From positions 3,164-67,163 of the forward strand of contig JAGOSO010000002.1 of NCBI GenBank assembly GCA_018062285.1: 64,000 nt of DNA, read 5' to 3'. Numbering within the stretch: the first letter of the stretch is position 1; the number at the start of each line of letters is the position of its first letter. The notes beneath the pieces are model-generated. The model saw only the letters and a list, made by a program, of their open reading frames with translations. It searched no databases and was not told the DNA's origin. The DNA is from Minisyncoccota bacterium (GTDB lineage: Bacteria; Patescibacteriota; Minisyncoccia; 2-02-FULL-40-12; GWA2-44-9). The translations under genes and the position numbers were made by a program. This document shows, one piece after another, positions 35,909 to 46,031 of the stretch.

Positions 35909-36871
35909 TTACTGAAAAGTGTATTCAACAGTTGATAGATAATCCACAAGTTCTTGAGATGTTTTTATGCCCATCAATTTATCACGGAAAGTTTTGGCTC
36001 CTTCAAAATCGTTGATGTAAATCTTTATGAATCTTTTCATGACATCGAAGTTTTTATCAGTGCCCCAAAGCTCTACAAAATTTTCAATATGCTTCTTCAA
36101 TAAAGCAATTCTTTCTTTAGCTGTTTTATCCTTATGATCCACCTCTCGATTAAAGAACCAAGGGTTATGGAAGATACCTCGACCAACCATAATACCGTCC
36201 ATGCCGGATTCCTTGGCTTTTTCTAGACCATCAGTGTAACTTGCCACATCCCCATTCCCTATTATAGGAATAGCCTTGGCATGGGCCATATCGGCAACCT
36301 GCTTGGCCAATTCCCAATGGGCTGGTTCTTTGGACATTTCCTTCATGGTTCGCAAATGCACCAGCAAAGCATCTGGTTCAGCGTCTATGACCTTTTGAAT
36401 CCAAGTTAAATCAATTTCATTAAAACCTAATCGAGTTTTTACAGATACGGGCATGTCACCAGCACCACGTTTTGTTTCTTTGATAATTTCCACTGCTAAC
36501 TCTGGGCGCTTACACAACGAAATCCCCGCTCCTTGTTTCATAATCTTTCTATCCGGACAGCCCATATTAATATCAATTCCATCAAAACCTAATTCTTTAA
36601 CCAATTTAGCAACTTCATAAAATTGAGCAGGATTTGAACCAAAGACCTGAGCCACAATTGGTCTTTCGTTTTCTTTAAATTTTAAATGGGGCAGAAGTTT
36701 GGGTCGGCCTTTTTCTGAACACAATCCTGCCACTGAAACAAATTCAGTATAAAAAACATCCGGCCGGCCGGCCTCAACAATAATCTGCCTAAACGCCAAA
36801 TCAGTCACATCAGCCATCGGTGCCAAAACAAAAAAAGGCTTCTTTAAATTTTTCCAGAAATTTTGACGCAT
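35909..36871 (-). CDS. dus: tRNA-dihydrouridine synthase (Dus family)
   Basis: FVLAPMADVTDLAFRQI..., TIM-barrel FMN-binding pattern, catalytic Cys in GCP context. Confidence 0.85.
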   Translation of the reverse strand: MRQNFWKNLKKPFFVLAPMADVTDLAFRQIIVEAGRPDVFYTEFVSVAGLCSEKGRPKLLPHLKFKENERPIVAQVFGSNPAQFYEVAKLVKELGFDGIDINMGCPDRKIMKQGAGISLCKRPELAVEIIKETKRGAGDMPVSVKTRLGFNEIDLTWIQKVIDAEPDALLVHLRTMKEMSKEPAHWELAKQVADMAHAKAIPIIGNGDVASYTDGLEKAKESGMDGIMVGRGIFHNPWFFNREVDHKDKTAKERIALLKKHIENFVELWGTDKNFDVMKRFIKIYINDFEGAKTFRDKLMGIKTSQELVDYLSTVEYTFQ

Positions 36872-36909
36872 TGCGAAATTTATATTATTGTAACCTCAGG
36901 AGACTTACC

Positions 36910-37239
36910 GTGTCAAAACCCGTTGAGTATCTAGGCACTCGCTTGAATAAATGGCTAGAAGCCCATGAAACAGTCTTATCAGGACTGGGCTGGGGAGCTG
37001 TATATCTCTGGGCCGGAATCTTCCTGTCCTTAATATTTGTTCGAATTTTCACTTATGGAACAAGGTTTGAAGATCCCACTTGGGCCTACCTTGTTTATAT
37101 CGGAATCACGCCGATCTTCGTCTATGCGGCATTCCTGATGTTGTGCATGATCGGTCTCATCGTCTGGGTGATCGACGAAGGTCTAACCGAGATGGTGGAA
37201 TCAATCCGTGGACTCTTCCACAAAAGCGCGGCTAACTAG
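36910..37239 (+). CDS. Hypothetical small membrane protein (GTG start after aggaga SD)
   Basis: Three TM helices; the longer ATG-initiated ORF from 36820 would overlap dus on the opposite strand, so the start is placed at the GTG. Confidence 0.35.
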   Translation: MSKPVEYLGTRLNKWLEAHETVLSGLGWGAVYLWAGIFLSLIFVRIFTYGTRFEDPTWAYLVYIGITPIFVYAAFLMLCMIGLIVWVIDEGLTEMVESIRGLFHKSAAN

Positions 37240-37252
37240 CCGCGCGTTTTAT

Positions 37253-38956
37253 TTATTCTACAACAGCCCTGATACGACGATTACCACCGGAGACACTTTC
37301 TTCTTTGGTGATGGTAATTTTACCGATAGCACCAGTGTGAGTGACGTGAGGGCCACCACAGAGCTCACGAGAGAAATAATTCCCTTCTATACCGATTGAG
37401 TAAACCTTAACGCGGGAACCGTATTTATGCTTGAAAGCACCAGAAGCACCAGATTCAAAAGCTTTATCGACGTCCATCTCCTCAAATGAAACTGGTAAAT
37501 CTTTGGCCACGACTTCGTTGGCAACATCTTGAGCCTGTTTTATTTCTTCTGGAGTTATCTTGCGTGGGAAGTTGAAGTCAAAACGTAAACGCTCAACGCT
37601 AATATCTGAACCAGCTTGTGGTAGTTTTTGGCCGAGAACTTTTTCTAATGCAGCAACAACTACGTGAGTAGCAGTATGTAAGCGAGTTTTCTTTTCAATT
37701 TCAGCAGAGTCAGCACCACTAATATCGCCAGAAACAATTCCGTGACCTCCAAACTTCTTTTCAGCACCAGCGCGAGAAATTTCTTTAGCTTTTTCTAATT
37801 CTTTTTCAAAACTTTCACGAGTTAAGTCTTTAGCCTTATCAGCACCGACTTCTTTAATGATTTCGTAGGGTAAACCAAAACTTTCATACAATTTAAAGGC
37901 GGACAGACCATCAAAATGTTCCACCTTTTCCATTTCCTTCAAACCATTACGGAAAGTCTTTTGGAATTTATCATTCTCTTTATTAAATTCAGAAACAATC
38001 AAATCCCTATTCAGGTTTGGATAGTAAGGAGAATAAGCCGAAACAAACTCTTCAAAAATCTTAACCAAAGTCTCTACGGAAATATTATTTAAATAAGCCT
38101 GTACAATGGCTCGACGCAACAATCGACGCAAAACATAGCCCTGTTCTTTGTTGGATGGGGTAATGCTGTCGCTCAACATAAAAGTTGAAGCTCGGAGATG
38201 GTCAGCAATGATGCGACGAGTCCTGTCGCTCGCTTCGATTGGAAGAAGGTTCATGGCTGGAGAGAATAAATCAGTACTGAAAATAGTTTCTTTGTCTTGA
38301 ACCACCATAGCCAAACGTTCCAAGCCCATGCCGGTATCAATCCCCTGTGTCTTTAATTTTTCTAGTTTACCTTCAGGGCTTTGGAAGTATTCATTAAAAA
38401 CAACATTCCAGACTTCTAGCCCATTAACATAAATCTCAGTGGTTGGACCACAAGGACCTTCGTTGCCGGTTGGTCCCCAGAAGTTATCAGCACGACCAAA
38501 TTTCTTAACAACAATATTTGAATCAATTGATTTCCAAATTTCTTCCGATTCAACATCGGCTGGAACATCGCCCTCACCAGCAAAAACAGAAACATAATCA
38601 ATTGTTAGGGCCATCTCTTTGGTTATGAATTCGTGGGCGTATTGAATCGCTTCTTTTTTCCAATAACCACCAAAACTAAAGTTGCCCAACATTTCAAAGA
38701 AAGTTAGATGAGATGCATCACCAACTTCATCAATATCAGAAGTACGAATACATTTCTGGATTGAAGTTGTGCTCAATGAACCAAAATCTTTCTGGGCGTC
38801 AGCGACACCAGTATAATACTGTTTAAACTGTTGCATTCCGGCAGTCGTAAACAACACTGACTGATCGGATGGTAACAACGACGAAGACGGCACGGCCTTG
38901 TGCCCCTTTGATTCAAAGTATTTAATAAATTTTTCTCGTATCTCTTGTTGTGTCAT
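37253..38956 (-). CDS. alaS: Alanine--tRNA ligase, compact form (catalytic + editing domains, no C-Ala domain)
   Basis: N-terminal class II motifs (FTTAGMQQFK), editing-domain HxxxH/CGGxH signatures (HTATHVV...CGGPHV); only 567 aa. Confidence 0.8.
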   Translation of the reverse strand: MTQQEIREKFIKYFESKGHKAVPSSSLLPSDQSVLFTTAGMQQFKQYYTGVADAQKDFGSLSTTSIQKCIRTSDIDEVGDASHLTFFEMLGNFSFGGYWKKEAIQYAHEFITKEMALTIDYVSVFAGEGDVPADVESEEIWKSIDSNIVVKKFGRADNFWGPTGNEGPCGPTTEIYVNGLEVWNVVFNEYFQSPEGKLEKLKTQGIDTGMGLERLAMVVQDKETIFSTDLFSPAMNLLPIEASDRTRRIIADHLRASTFMLSDSITPSNKEQGYVLRRLLRRAIVQAYLNNISVETLVKIFEEFVSAYSPYYPNLNRDLIVSEFNKENDKFQKTFRNGLKEMEKVEHFDGLSAFKLYESFGLPYEIIKEVGADKAKDLTRESFEKELEKAKEISRAGAEKKFGGHGIVSGDISGADSAEIEKKTRLHTATHVVVAALEKVLGQKLPQAGSDISVERLRFDFNFPRKITPEEIKQAQDVANEVVAKDLPVSFEEMDVDKAFESGASGAFKHKYGSRVKVYSIGIEGNYFSRELCGGPHVTHTGAIGKITITKEESVSGGNRRIRAVVE

Positions 38957-38962
38957 ATTTTA

Positions 38963-39010
38963 AAAATTGAGTTACTGACTTGTGTGTGTCACAAGTCAGT
39001 AACGATTCAG
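38963..39010 (-). terminator. Rho-independent terminator (13-bp perfect stem)
   Basis: gttactgacttgtg-tgtg-tcacaagtcagtaac followed on the minus strand by tcaatttttaaaat. Confidence 0.6.
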
Positions 39011-39021
39011 ATTGACGACTA

Positions 39022-39228
39022 TCAGTAATGGATTCTATCGTGCTCTTTGAGCATCTTTCGGAACCGAGATCGAGCAGATACCAAATCGCGGCGAAAGGTC
39101 TTGTCGCCTCTCTTGAGAGCACCCAACTGCTCTTTCATGTTGATGTGACCAATGGTGGCTCCGACTGAACGAATTGCGTGAATGATCAGATGCCGACTCG
39201 AATTACTCGTCAAAGCCTTTTTGGCCAT
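39022..39228 (-). CDS. Hypothetical small basic protein (68 aa), GC-rich
   Basis: AAGGAG SD; MAKKALTSNSSRHLIIHAIRSVGATIGHINMKEQ...; own terminator. Confidence 0.4.
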   Translation of the reverse strand: MAKKALTSNSSRHLIIHAIRSVGATIGHINMKEQLGALKRGDKTFRRDLVSARSRFRKMLKEHDRIHY

Positions 39229-39298
39229 GAGCTAACTCCTTACGTATATCCTAACAAAAACAAGCCTTTTCGGCAAAGAAAAATAGTCTAATTTTAAT

Positions 39299-39327
39299 TT
39301 GACAAATCGCCTCTTTTTTGCTATAAT
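39299..39327 (+). promoter_or_regulatory. Perfect sigma70 consensus promoter TTGACA-17-TATAAT
   Basis: ttgacaaatcgcctcttttttgctataat about 70 nt upstream of the 39399 start codon. Confidence 0.6.
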
Positions 39328-39398
39328 TATATGACAGGCTAACCGCCTGTTTTCTTTAACAAACCAACGCAACAAAACGCCCAAGAAAGGGGTGGCAA

Positions 39399-40865
39399 GT
39401 GAAGAAATCGATTACGTTTTACATCGTGACGGGGATTCTCCTCGCCGGTGCCGTGACTCACGCCATGTGGCGGAGCATGCGGAATACGGCCGGTGATCCC
39501 GACCCAACCCACTACATCTACATGTCGCCTGTTGAGCGAACCACCGAGTTCAACTCGCTCAACGACCAGCTCAAGACAACTAATGCAAACGCCGTCACGC
39601 CGGAAGAGTACTTCCGGACACTGATGAGGTTTGCACGTCTCAACGATGCGATGCGACGCGCTGAATTGGAAGGAACCAAATCCGACAAGCTCAGTACGGC
39701 ATCCGGACCCAAGGGCTACTCTGCTATGGGACTGAGCGATGATCGACAGTCACTACAGTTCCTCCAAAACGAATACGTCAACCATGCATATCGGGCGTTG
39801 ACGAACTCAGACGGAGGAAGGGTCGAAAAAGCTCGGAAAGACTCAGGCGTCGAACCCCAGATGTACTCTCACGCAATGCCGTTCGATCCATTCACGGGCA
39901 GATCGTGGGCCATCGTTTACTTCGCTGGTCTCTTTCTGGCTTTCGGCCATTTCCATATTCGCAACCAGAAGCTCGGCGGGAACATCCTCCTTGCATCTGA
40001 CCCGCGATTCTGGCTCTGGTTGAGTATTTGGATGTTTGGCCTGTTCCGCTACCCCACAGCAATCGATGTGAAATATCAGTTGCTTCGGGCAAAGCGATTC
40101 GCGACGTTCCTTCTCTCGACATGTCTTCCCCTTACCGCCGCCGCGTGCGCTGGTAAGCAAGTGAAGGTTCCAGGAGGGAAGCAGAACACCCCGCGAACGT
40201 TGCATGTCGACACTTCGACAACGACGTGGCCGGACTACGTCGGGATGAACGGTGCAGTGTTTCATCCCGCGACTGTTCAGCACTCAGTTGCTACGGCGTC
40301 GCTAGGCAAGGCCTACGTCGGGACGTTCTTGTCCGCACCTCTCGCCCAGCGCGATCTCACTCCGAACTTCGGAAATGAAGTCGATCTGTTCGGCGGGGTG
40401 AACGGCCAAACACGTGGCATCAGCTGGAACATCGATGTGAACTACGTCGGTGTCACACCTGTCGCCAAACACGCTGGAGATGCGTTCGTCGTCTCGTTGA
40501 CGGCCAAGCGCAACTTCAAAATCGGAGCCAACAGCACACTGACTCCGTCGATGACATTCCAACGTGCGATGCCGGTCAATGGACCGACACCCGGCGCTGG
40601 AAACTTCCTCCGAGGGAAAATCGGTTGGGGGCTGAATAAGTCATCGTGGTCACTCGGCGCCGACGCCGAGCTGGCTCACGATAGTGGCGCGTTCGGGTTC
40701 AACCCCGGATACTTCACGAGGCTCGGAGCCAACATCGGGCGCGCTTTCAACAAAAAGTTGCGTCTCGACCTGCCGATCAAGCTTGATCAACCTCTCTCCC
40801 ATTTCGGTGACGGTCGCAAGACTGAATTCCGAATGGGGCTCACGCTGAGTTACGCGATTCGATAG
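39399..40865 (+). CDS. Hypothetical GC-rich membrane protein (N-terminal TM, central hydrophobic segment with lipobox-like LTAAAC, C-terminal beta-rich Gly/Asn-rich domain)
   Basis: 488-aa ORF; C-terminal half has alternating hydrophobic/polar beta-strand-like pattern ending ...FRMGLTLSYAIR. Confidence 0.45.
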   Translation: MKKSITFYIVTGILLAGAVTHAMWRSMRNTAGDPDPTHYIYMSPVERTTEFNSLNDQLKTTNANAVTPEEYFRTLMRFARLNDAMRRAELEGTKSDKLSTASGPKGYSAMGLSDDRQSLQFLQNEYVNHAYRALTNSDGGRVEKARKDSGVEPQMYSHAMPFDPFTGRSWAIVYFAGLFLAFGHFHIRNQKLGGNILLASDPRFWLWLSIWMFGLFRYPTAIDVKYQLLRAKRFATFLLSTCLPLTAAACAGKQVKVPGGKQNTPRTLHVDTSTTTWPDYVGMNGAVFHPATVQHSVATASLGKAYVGTFLSAPLAQRDLTPNFGNEVDLFGGVNGQTRGISWNIDVNYVGVTPVAKHAGDAFVVSLTAKRNFKIGANSTLTPSMTFQRAMPVNGPTPGAGNFLRGKIGWGLNKSSWSLGADAELAHDSGAFGFNPGYFTRLGANIGRAFNKKLRLDLPIKLDQPLSHFGDGRKTEFRMGLTLSYAIR

Positions 40866-40875
40866 TCTCACTCAT

Positions 40876-40925
40876 CCGGCGCGGATGGGTGTGGACCTAT
40901 CCGCGCCGGACAACCTCCGGCGCTT
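40876..40925 (+). terminator. Hairpin terminator
   Basis: tccggcgcggat...atccgcgccgga inverted repeat directly after the 40865 stop. Confidence 0.5.
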
Positions 40926-41237
40926 TTTAATTTAAAAAATAAAGCGGGCTCAAGAGCCCGCTCGATGTGTCTTCCCGAAAACCGGGACTTCTTTTGCCGA
41001 GAGTTCACTAACCACTCTCCGATGTTGCTCAAGAAGAGCGATTCTGCGCTTCAGAAGAATAATTGCATCGTCACGCTCACGAAGCTGACGATTTTTTATT
41101 TGAATGATTCCTCTCATCTTCAGAAAAAATTTCAAAGAACGAAAACTTCCTTTTTCCAATATCGTCACCTCCATTTATTATTTATAAAAAAATAATCCCC
41201 ACACTACAAGAAAAATCTGTGCATAAGTCGCCCAAAA

Positions 41238-44200
41238 TTAGTTCATCATTTTGCGGAGAGCGCAGTATTCACATTTTTTATCGTCACAAAAAGTATTCCA
41301 GAACTTAAGACCAAGAATTTCGTCAGCCACAAACATAATTTGTTCGGTAAGTTGGGCAACCTCTTCATCGGTAATGACAAAAGCTTCTTTTTTGAATCTG
41401 CCTTTTTCATCGGGTTCAATAAAGTCAATCTCGCCAGATTCCATGGTAAATTTTTTACCATCATCAAACTTGCTCAATAATAATTTATAAAAAACGAGCT
41501 GGCGCTTTATGTTGCCTTCTGAACTCTTTGTTGTGCCCTCGATATCACCCCTAGTTTTTGGTTTAGATGTTTTATAGTCAACCACTCGAACACTCTTGCC
41601 ATCACTTAATTCTATTTTATCCAATTTGCCTGTAATGCGAACATCTTCTGACAAAACGATACCCTTAACATTAAACTCTGTGAGAACATTTGTGTTCCAG
41701 GAGTCTTTATATGTTTCATACCAACCACCTAAGGCCAACTTGCCTTTTTCAGTGCATTCGGCCAAATCGGCATCACTCAACGGTTCTTTTGCTAAATATT
41801 CTAGGAATTTTTCATAAAACCAAGAACTTGATGGCAATTTTGTTTTGGCTTGATCAAACAAATCTTTTAAAGCACCGTGTACAGCAGTACCGTACATTTG
41901 GTGCTTGGATTTTGCTTTTGGGATACGTAATAAGTTTGTATAGAAATAATTCCAAGGACAAGTCAGGTAGTTGTTTAGACCGGTAACAGACAAACCATAA
42001 GTCGTAAATATTCTTTTTATAAATTCTTTGTTTTTTATGTCAGGCTCTTTCTCGATTGGGGCAGTAAACATGAAGTCTTTCTGGCGAGACAGTTCTTTTT
42101 GGATTGTATCTGTATCTATCGCCTCAACCAGCTCGGGCTTAATCTCGGCTATAAATTGTGTTGGTAGTTGTTGTTGACCGCCACTATTTTCTGAAGCATA
42201 AGTAATGGCAACCTCTTTTCTGGCCCGGGTCAAAGAAACATAGAACAACCGACGCTCATCGTCTTCACTAGTCCCTTTTTCTGGAATATCTCCCGCTAAA
42301 GCAAAAACCCTATCGGGAAGTGAAATTAATTGTGGCCGACGTTTATTCCCCCAATGGCCATCGAAGGCATTAACAATATAAACACAATCAAATTCTTGGC
42401 CCTTAGAGCGATGGGCGGTCATTAAACGAACCTTGCCAATGGCACCGTGAGAAGAACGTTTGAGTAAAATATTATGAGTACGAAGAGTATCGAGATATTC
42501 TAAAAATCCGGCCAAAGAAAAATCTTTATGGCGCATCACCAGCGCCTGCAATTCACTGAACAAACTATTTACTCGATCAAGTTTTTCTCCGGCATCAACT
42601 TTATTTAAAATCGAAGCAAGGAAACCTGACTCACGAATAATAATCTCAAAACACTGTTCAGCGTTTTCGTTTTTAGCTATCGTTGCCCACTTGGACAGAT
42701 TTTCATAATATTCCGAAATCTTGTGTGGCTTTTCTAGATCTAAACCACTCAAATGTTCGACCGACTTAACAACCAAATACGGAGAGATTCTTTTTTCATT
42801 AGCATGAGCAATTACATTATAAATATCTAATGGATTAATCCCCAAAAAATCTATATGCAAAGATTCCAGCAAAAGATCAACTGAGCCAAAATTAACAGCT
42901 GCTTTGAAAAGCAATAAAAGCTTCCTAATATCAGAATCAGACATAATATCCTGATCAGATTCAATCACATAAGGGATTCCAATTTTTTCAAAAGCGCGGG
43001 CGATTTCACCTGCGTCCCTATTCTCTCTATACAAAACGGCTATTTCTTCAGCTGGCATACCTTCTTTGATGTGCTTTTGAATATCATGCGCTAAAAAGTA
43101 TAGCTCTTCGACAGGTTTTGAAAAAGCGCCTAAGCGAATCTTGTCTAAGCCTGTTTTTTTATTTTGAGATTTTAATTCTTTTGGACCAGCCAAAACACTG
43201 TGAGCGGCATCGAGAATAGATTGATGAGATCGATAGTTGTCTTCAAGCACAATCAACTTGGCATTGTGGTACAACTTCTGCATATGTAAAAAATTCTCTA
43301 AAGAAGCTCCTTGAAACCTAAAGATGGCTTGTTTTTCATCTCCCACCACAAACAAATTTGGGTCCGGATGGAAATTACACAACAACTCAATCAATTTATT
43401 TTGTGCATTGTTTGTATCCTGGTGCTCATCAACCAAAATATACTGATACTGTTCTTGAAGTTGCAACAACAAACTACCGTTCCCAGATAGTTCTTCGACA
43501 ACTTCCATAATCATGTCGCTAAAATCGTAATACTTTTTTTCAGCTAAAGTTTTTTGGTAATACCAATAAACTTCGGCCAATTCAATATTTTTACTAATTT
43601 GTTTCTGTAGTTTCTGGTAATCGCCCTTCATTTTACCCTTGTGGGCGCCTTTCTCATGATAAAGATCTTCGATATTAGCAAAAGCTTGTTCCTCGGCCAC
43701 CATTATTTTTCTGAACTTATCCGGAGAGATACCCTCACGCTTCAATTCATTAATTGAAGACATAATCGGCCTAATATAATAGAGGGGGTCACCGAAAGGT
43801 TTCAATTCGTGTAAAGAAAGTTCGCTTATGGCTTGTTCTATAATTTTTACCTGATCAACTTCGGTGATGCTTTCTGAGCCGATAATTTTAGAAAATGAAC
43901 TTGGGTTTTGCTTAATAACATCATTACAGAATCCATGGAAAGTACTGATCGAGACACGATAGGCCGGCGCACCAATCATGTCGGCCAAACGACGACGCAT
44001 TTCTGCAGCACCAGCCTCAGTGAAAGTCAGAGCCAAAATATTCTCCGGCTCAGCTTGAGTCTTTAATAAAATATTAGCAATCCGAAGAGTGAGAATTTTG
44101 GTCTTACCAGTGCCAGGCCCAGCCACAACCATGACTGGCCCCTCAATGGAATCCACCGCCTCTTTCTGGGCCTTGTTTAACTGTTTGTAGTGTTTCTCAA

Positions 44201-44264
44201 ATTCTGTCATTAAAACAATAATACCATTTTTAAAAATAAAGGCCGACTCTCGTCGGCCGGGCAC
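41238..44264 (-). CDS. UvrD/PcrA-family SF1 helicase fused to C-terminal RecB-like PD-(D/E)xK nuclease with Cys cluster (AddA-like)
   Basis: Motif I VMVVAGPGTGKTKIL, motif II VDEHQDTN; C-terminal nuclease-like region and Cys cluster (...TFCDDKKCEYCALRK). Confidence 0.7.
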   Translation of the reverse strand: MPGRRESAFIFKNGIIVLMTEFEKHYKQLNKAQKEAVDSIEGPVMVVAGPGTGKTKILTLRIANILLKTQAEPENILALTFTEAGAAEMRRRLADMIGAPAYRVSISTFHGFCNDVIKQNPSSFSKIIGSESITEVDQVKIIEQAISELSLHELKPFGDPLYYIRPIMSSINELKREGISPDKFRKIMVAEEQAFANIEDLYHEKGAHKGKMKGDYQKLQKQISKNIELAEVYWYYQKTLAEKKYYDFSDMIMEVVEELSGNGSLLLQLQEQYQYILVDEHQDTNNAQNKLIELLCNFHPDPNLFVVGDEKQAIFRFQGASLENFLHMQKLYHNAKLIVLEDNYRSHQSILDAAHSVLAGPKELKSQNKKTGLDKIRLGAFSKPVEELYFLAHDIQKHIKEGMPAEEIAVLYRENRDAGEIARAFEKIGIPYVIESDQDIMSDSDIRKLLLLFKAAVNFGSVDLLLESLHIDFLGINPLDIYNVIAHANEKRISPYLVVKSVEHLSGLDLEKPHKISEYYENLSKWATIAKNENAEQCFEIIIRESGFLASILNKVDAGEKLDRVNSLFSELQALVMRHKDFSLAGFLEYLDTLRTHNILLKRSSHGAIGKVRLMTAHRSKGQEFDCVYIVNAFDGHWGNKRRPQLISLPDRVFALAGDIPEKGTSEDDERRLFYVSLTRARKEVAITYASENSGGQQQLPTQFIAEIKPELVEAIDTDTIQKELSRQKDFMFTAPIEKEPDIKNKEFIKRIFTTYGLSVTGLNNYLTCPWNYFYTNLLRIPKAKSKHQMYGTAVHGALKDLFDQAKTKLPSSSWFYEKFLEYLAKEPLSDADLAECTEKGKLALGGWYETYKDSWNTNVLTEFNVKGIVLSEDVRITGKLDKIELSDGKSVRVVDYKTSKPKTRGDIEGTTKSSEGNIKRQLVFYKLLLSKFDDGKKFTMESGEIDFIEPDEKGRFKKEAFVITDEEVAQLTEQIMFVADEILGLKFWNTFCDDKKCEYCALRKMMN

Positions 44265-44272
44265 CTTGATGG

Positions 44273-44467
44273 CTAGCGCAGAAGAAGCACTTCAAGAACT
44301 TCCGGCTGTTTATCGCCGTAACCAGTGCCATCGCAATATTGGCACGGGATCCAAGCACCAACGACAGCCGGGTTCAACCTGAAGCCGTTGAAACATTGAG
44401 GACAAAAATTGCTGTAATGTTTCCAGCGATCCTTTTGGGTAACCACCGGAGCATCATTCTGATCCAT
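44273..44467 (-). CDS. Small zinc-ribbon protein (64 aa)
   Basis: CPQC...CQYC pairs; GAGGTG SD before the internal ATG (MDQNDAPV), which is preferred over the tool's upstream start. Confidence 0.4.
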   Translation of the reverse strand: MDQNDAPVVTQKDRWKHYSNFCPQCFNGFRLNPAVVGAWIPCQYCDGTGYGDKQPEVLEVLLLR

Positions 44468-44533
44468 AAGCACCTCACTATTGAAGATACAATTGATTAG
44501 CAATTACGTCAATAATCTGCTACAATCAATAAA

Positions 44534-45505
44534 ATGCTTATAGATGACATCACAATCAGGGTAATGGCCGGAGATGGCGGAGACGGTACTGTTTCTTTTA
44601 ATAAGAATATGATGTCTCTTGGACCAACTGGTGCCATGGGTGGCGTAGGTGGCCAAGTCTATGTTGAAGGGGTTGCTGACCTCGGTGCTTTGTTGCGCTT
44701 AAGACATAGCAAGGTTTTCAAAGCCGAAAACGGCAAGGTTGGTGGACGCCAATTTAATGATGGCCACGATGGAGCTGATTTGATCATTCAAGTTCCCGTT
44801 GGTACTGTTGTTCATAATTTAGACACAAAAACAGACACCGAAATTACCCAAATTGGAGAAAAGGTAATGATTGCTCGTGGTGGCCGTGGTGGTAAGGGCA
44901 ATTACCATTTCCGCTCCTCAGTAAACACTAGCCCTAAAGAATTCCAAAAAGGAGAACCAGGAGAAAAATACACCATTCGATTAGAGCTCAAACTTATCGC
45001 TGACGTTGGTTTGATTGGTTTACCTAACGCCGGCAAATCATCTCTATTAAATGAACTAACCCGAGCCAAGAGTAAGGTTGCCAACTATGCCTTCACAACA
45101 CTTGAACCTCACTTGGGTGTTTATTATGATTTAATTCTCGCCGACGTTCCTGGTATCATCGAAGGCGCTTCAACGGGAAAAGGTCTAGGGGTAAAATTCT
45201 TGCGCCACGTTGAACGCACTAATACCCTTTTCCATTTATTGTCAGCCGAATCTGTCGATCCTGTCGGAGATTATGAAGTAATTAGAGGAGAACTTGGGGC
45301 ATACAACCCAACACTACTAAAAAAGAAAGAATATTTATTCATATCAAAATCAGATATGTTGCCAGCACCGGAATTAAAGAAATTGGTGACCAAATTAAAA
45401 AAGAAAAACACAACGGTTACGCCACTGTCAATTCATGACGAAGACAGCCTGGAAAAAGTAAAGAAAATTCTAAACACTATCGCAGATAAGAAAACAGCCC
45501 GCTAG
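44534..45505 (+). CDS. obg: GTPase Obg/CgtA
   Basis: Obg fold N-terminus (Gly-rich GDGGDGTVSF...GGVGG), G domain GLPNAGKSSLL. Confidence 0.9.
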   Translation: MLIDDITIRVMAGDGGDGTVSFNKNMMSLGPTGAMGGVGGQVYVEGVADLGALLRLRHSKVFKAENGKVGGRQFNDGHDGADLIIQVPVGTVVHNLDTKTDTEITQIGEKVMIARGGRGGKGNYHFRSSVNTSPKEFQKGEPGEKYTIRLELKLIADVGLIGLPNAGKSSLLNELTRAKSKVANYAFTTLEPHLGVYYDLILADVPGIIEGASTGKGLGVKFLRHVERTNTLFHLLSAESVDPVGDYEVIRGELGAYNPTLLKKKEYLFISKSDMLPAPELKKLVTKLKKKNTTVTPLSIHDEDSLEKVKKILNTIADKKTAR

Positions 45506-45530
45506 GGGCTGTTTTCTTATCTTTAATTTT
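45506..45530 (+). terminator. Rho-independent terminator
   Basis: aaaacagcccgctaggggctgttttc. Confidence 0.6.
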
Positions 45531-45999
45531 TAGTACCATCTAGCTTATTAATAATTTTTAGTATCAAGTCATTTTGATTTTCCAAGTGCTGAAGAATAGT
45601 TTCAATCTCTTCTTCGGCCTGCACATTCACCTCGAAGTCTGCTTCCGCTCTTGTCTCGGCGTGCTTACCTTGTAAATTTTGACCTACCATAATCAATGGC
45701 AACAACATCAACTGAATCATGTTGGATATAAAAAGCCAAAGGACAAATGCTGGGTATGGATCAAATCGCATCTCCACAGGAGCAAGGAGATTCCACAAAA
45801 GCCAACCAATAGTCCAGGCTACCACAATCAAGAAAAAACCCATTGTGCCAATGGTTTTTGTGACAGAAAGAGCAATCTTCTCCAGCAAAGAAAGCTTTTC
45901 CTTATGTTCTATGTTTGGGTTACGTACCGGACGACGCTTCTCGCGAAGCTCGCTAACAGATAAAGGATTATGAATAGACATAACAAAACAATACCACAC
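45523..45999 (-). CDS. DUF1003-like membrane protein
   Basis: Two TM helices flanked by the conserved DUF1003 pattern (DP..F..L.....Q........Q); the start may be the internal MSIHNPL. Confidence 0.45.
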   Translation of the reverse strand: MWYCFVMSIHNPLSVSELREKRRPVRNPNIEHKEKLSLLEKIALSVTKTIGTMGFFLIVVAWTIGWLLWNLLAPVEMRFDPYPAFVLWLFISNMIQLMLLPLIMVGQNLQGKHAETRAEADFEVNVQAEEEIETILQHLENQNDLILKIINKLDGTKN

Positions 46000-46031
46000 C
46001 TTGGGCAGAATATATCCACACCCAAAATAAA

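Noticed and set aside
40950-41195. Two overlapping small ORFs (74 aa on the minus strand, 76 aa on the plus strand) between two terminator hairpins
   Set aside because: No SD, AT-rich low-complexity translations, and they mutually overlap. The region more likely holds only terminators (agcgggctcttgagcccgct + T-run).
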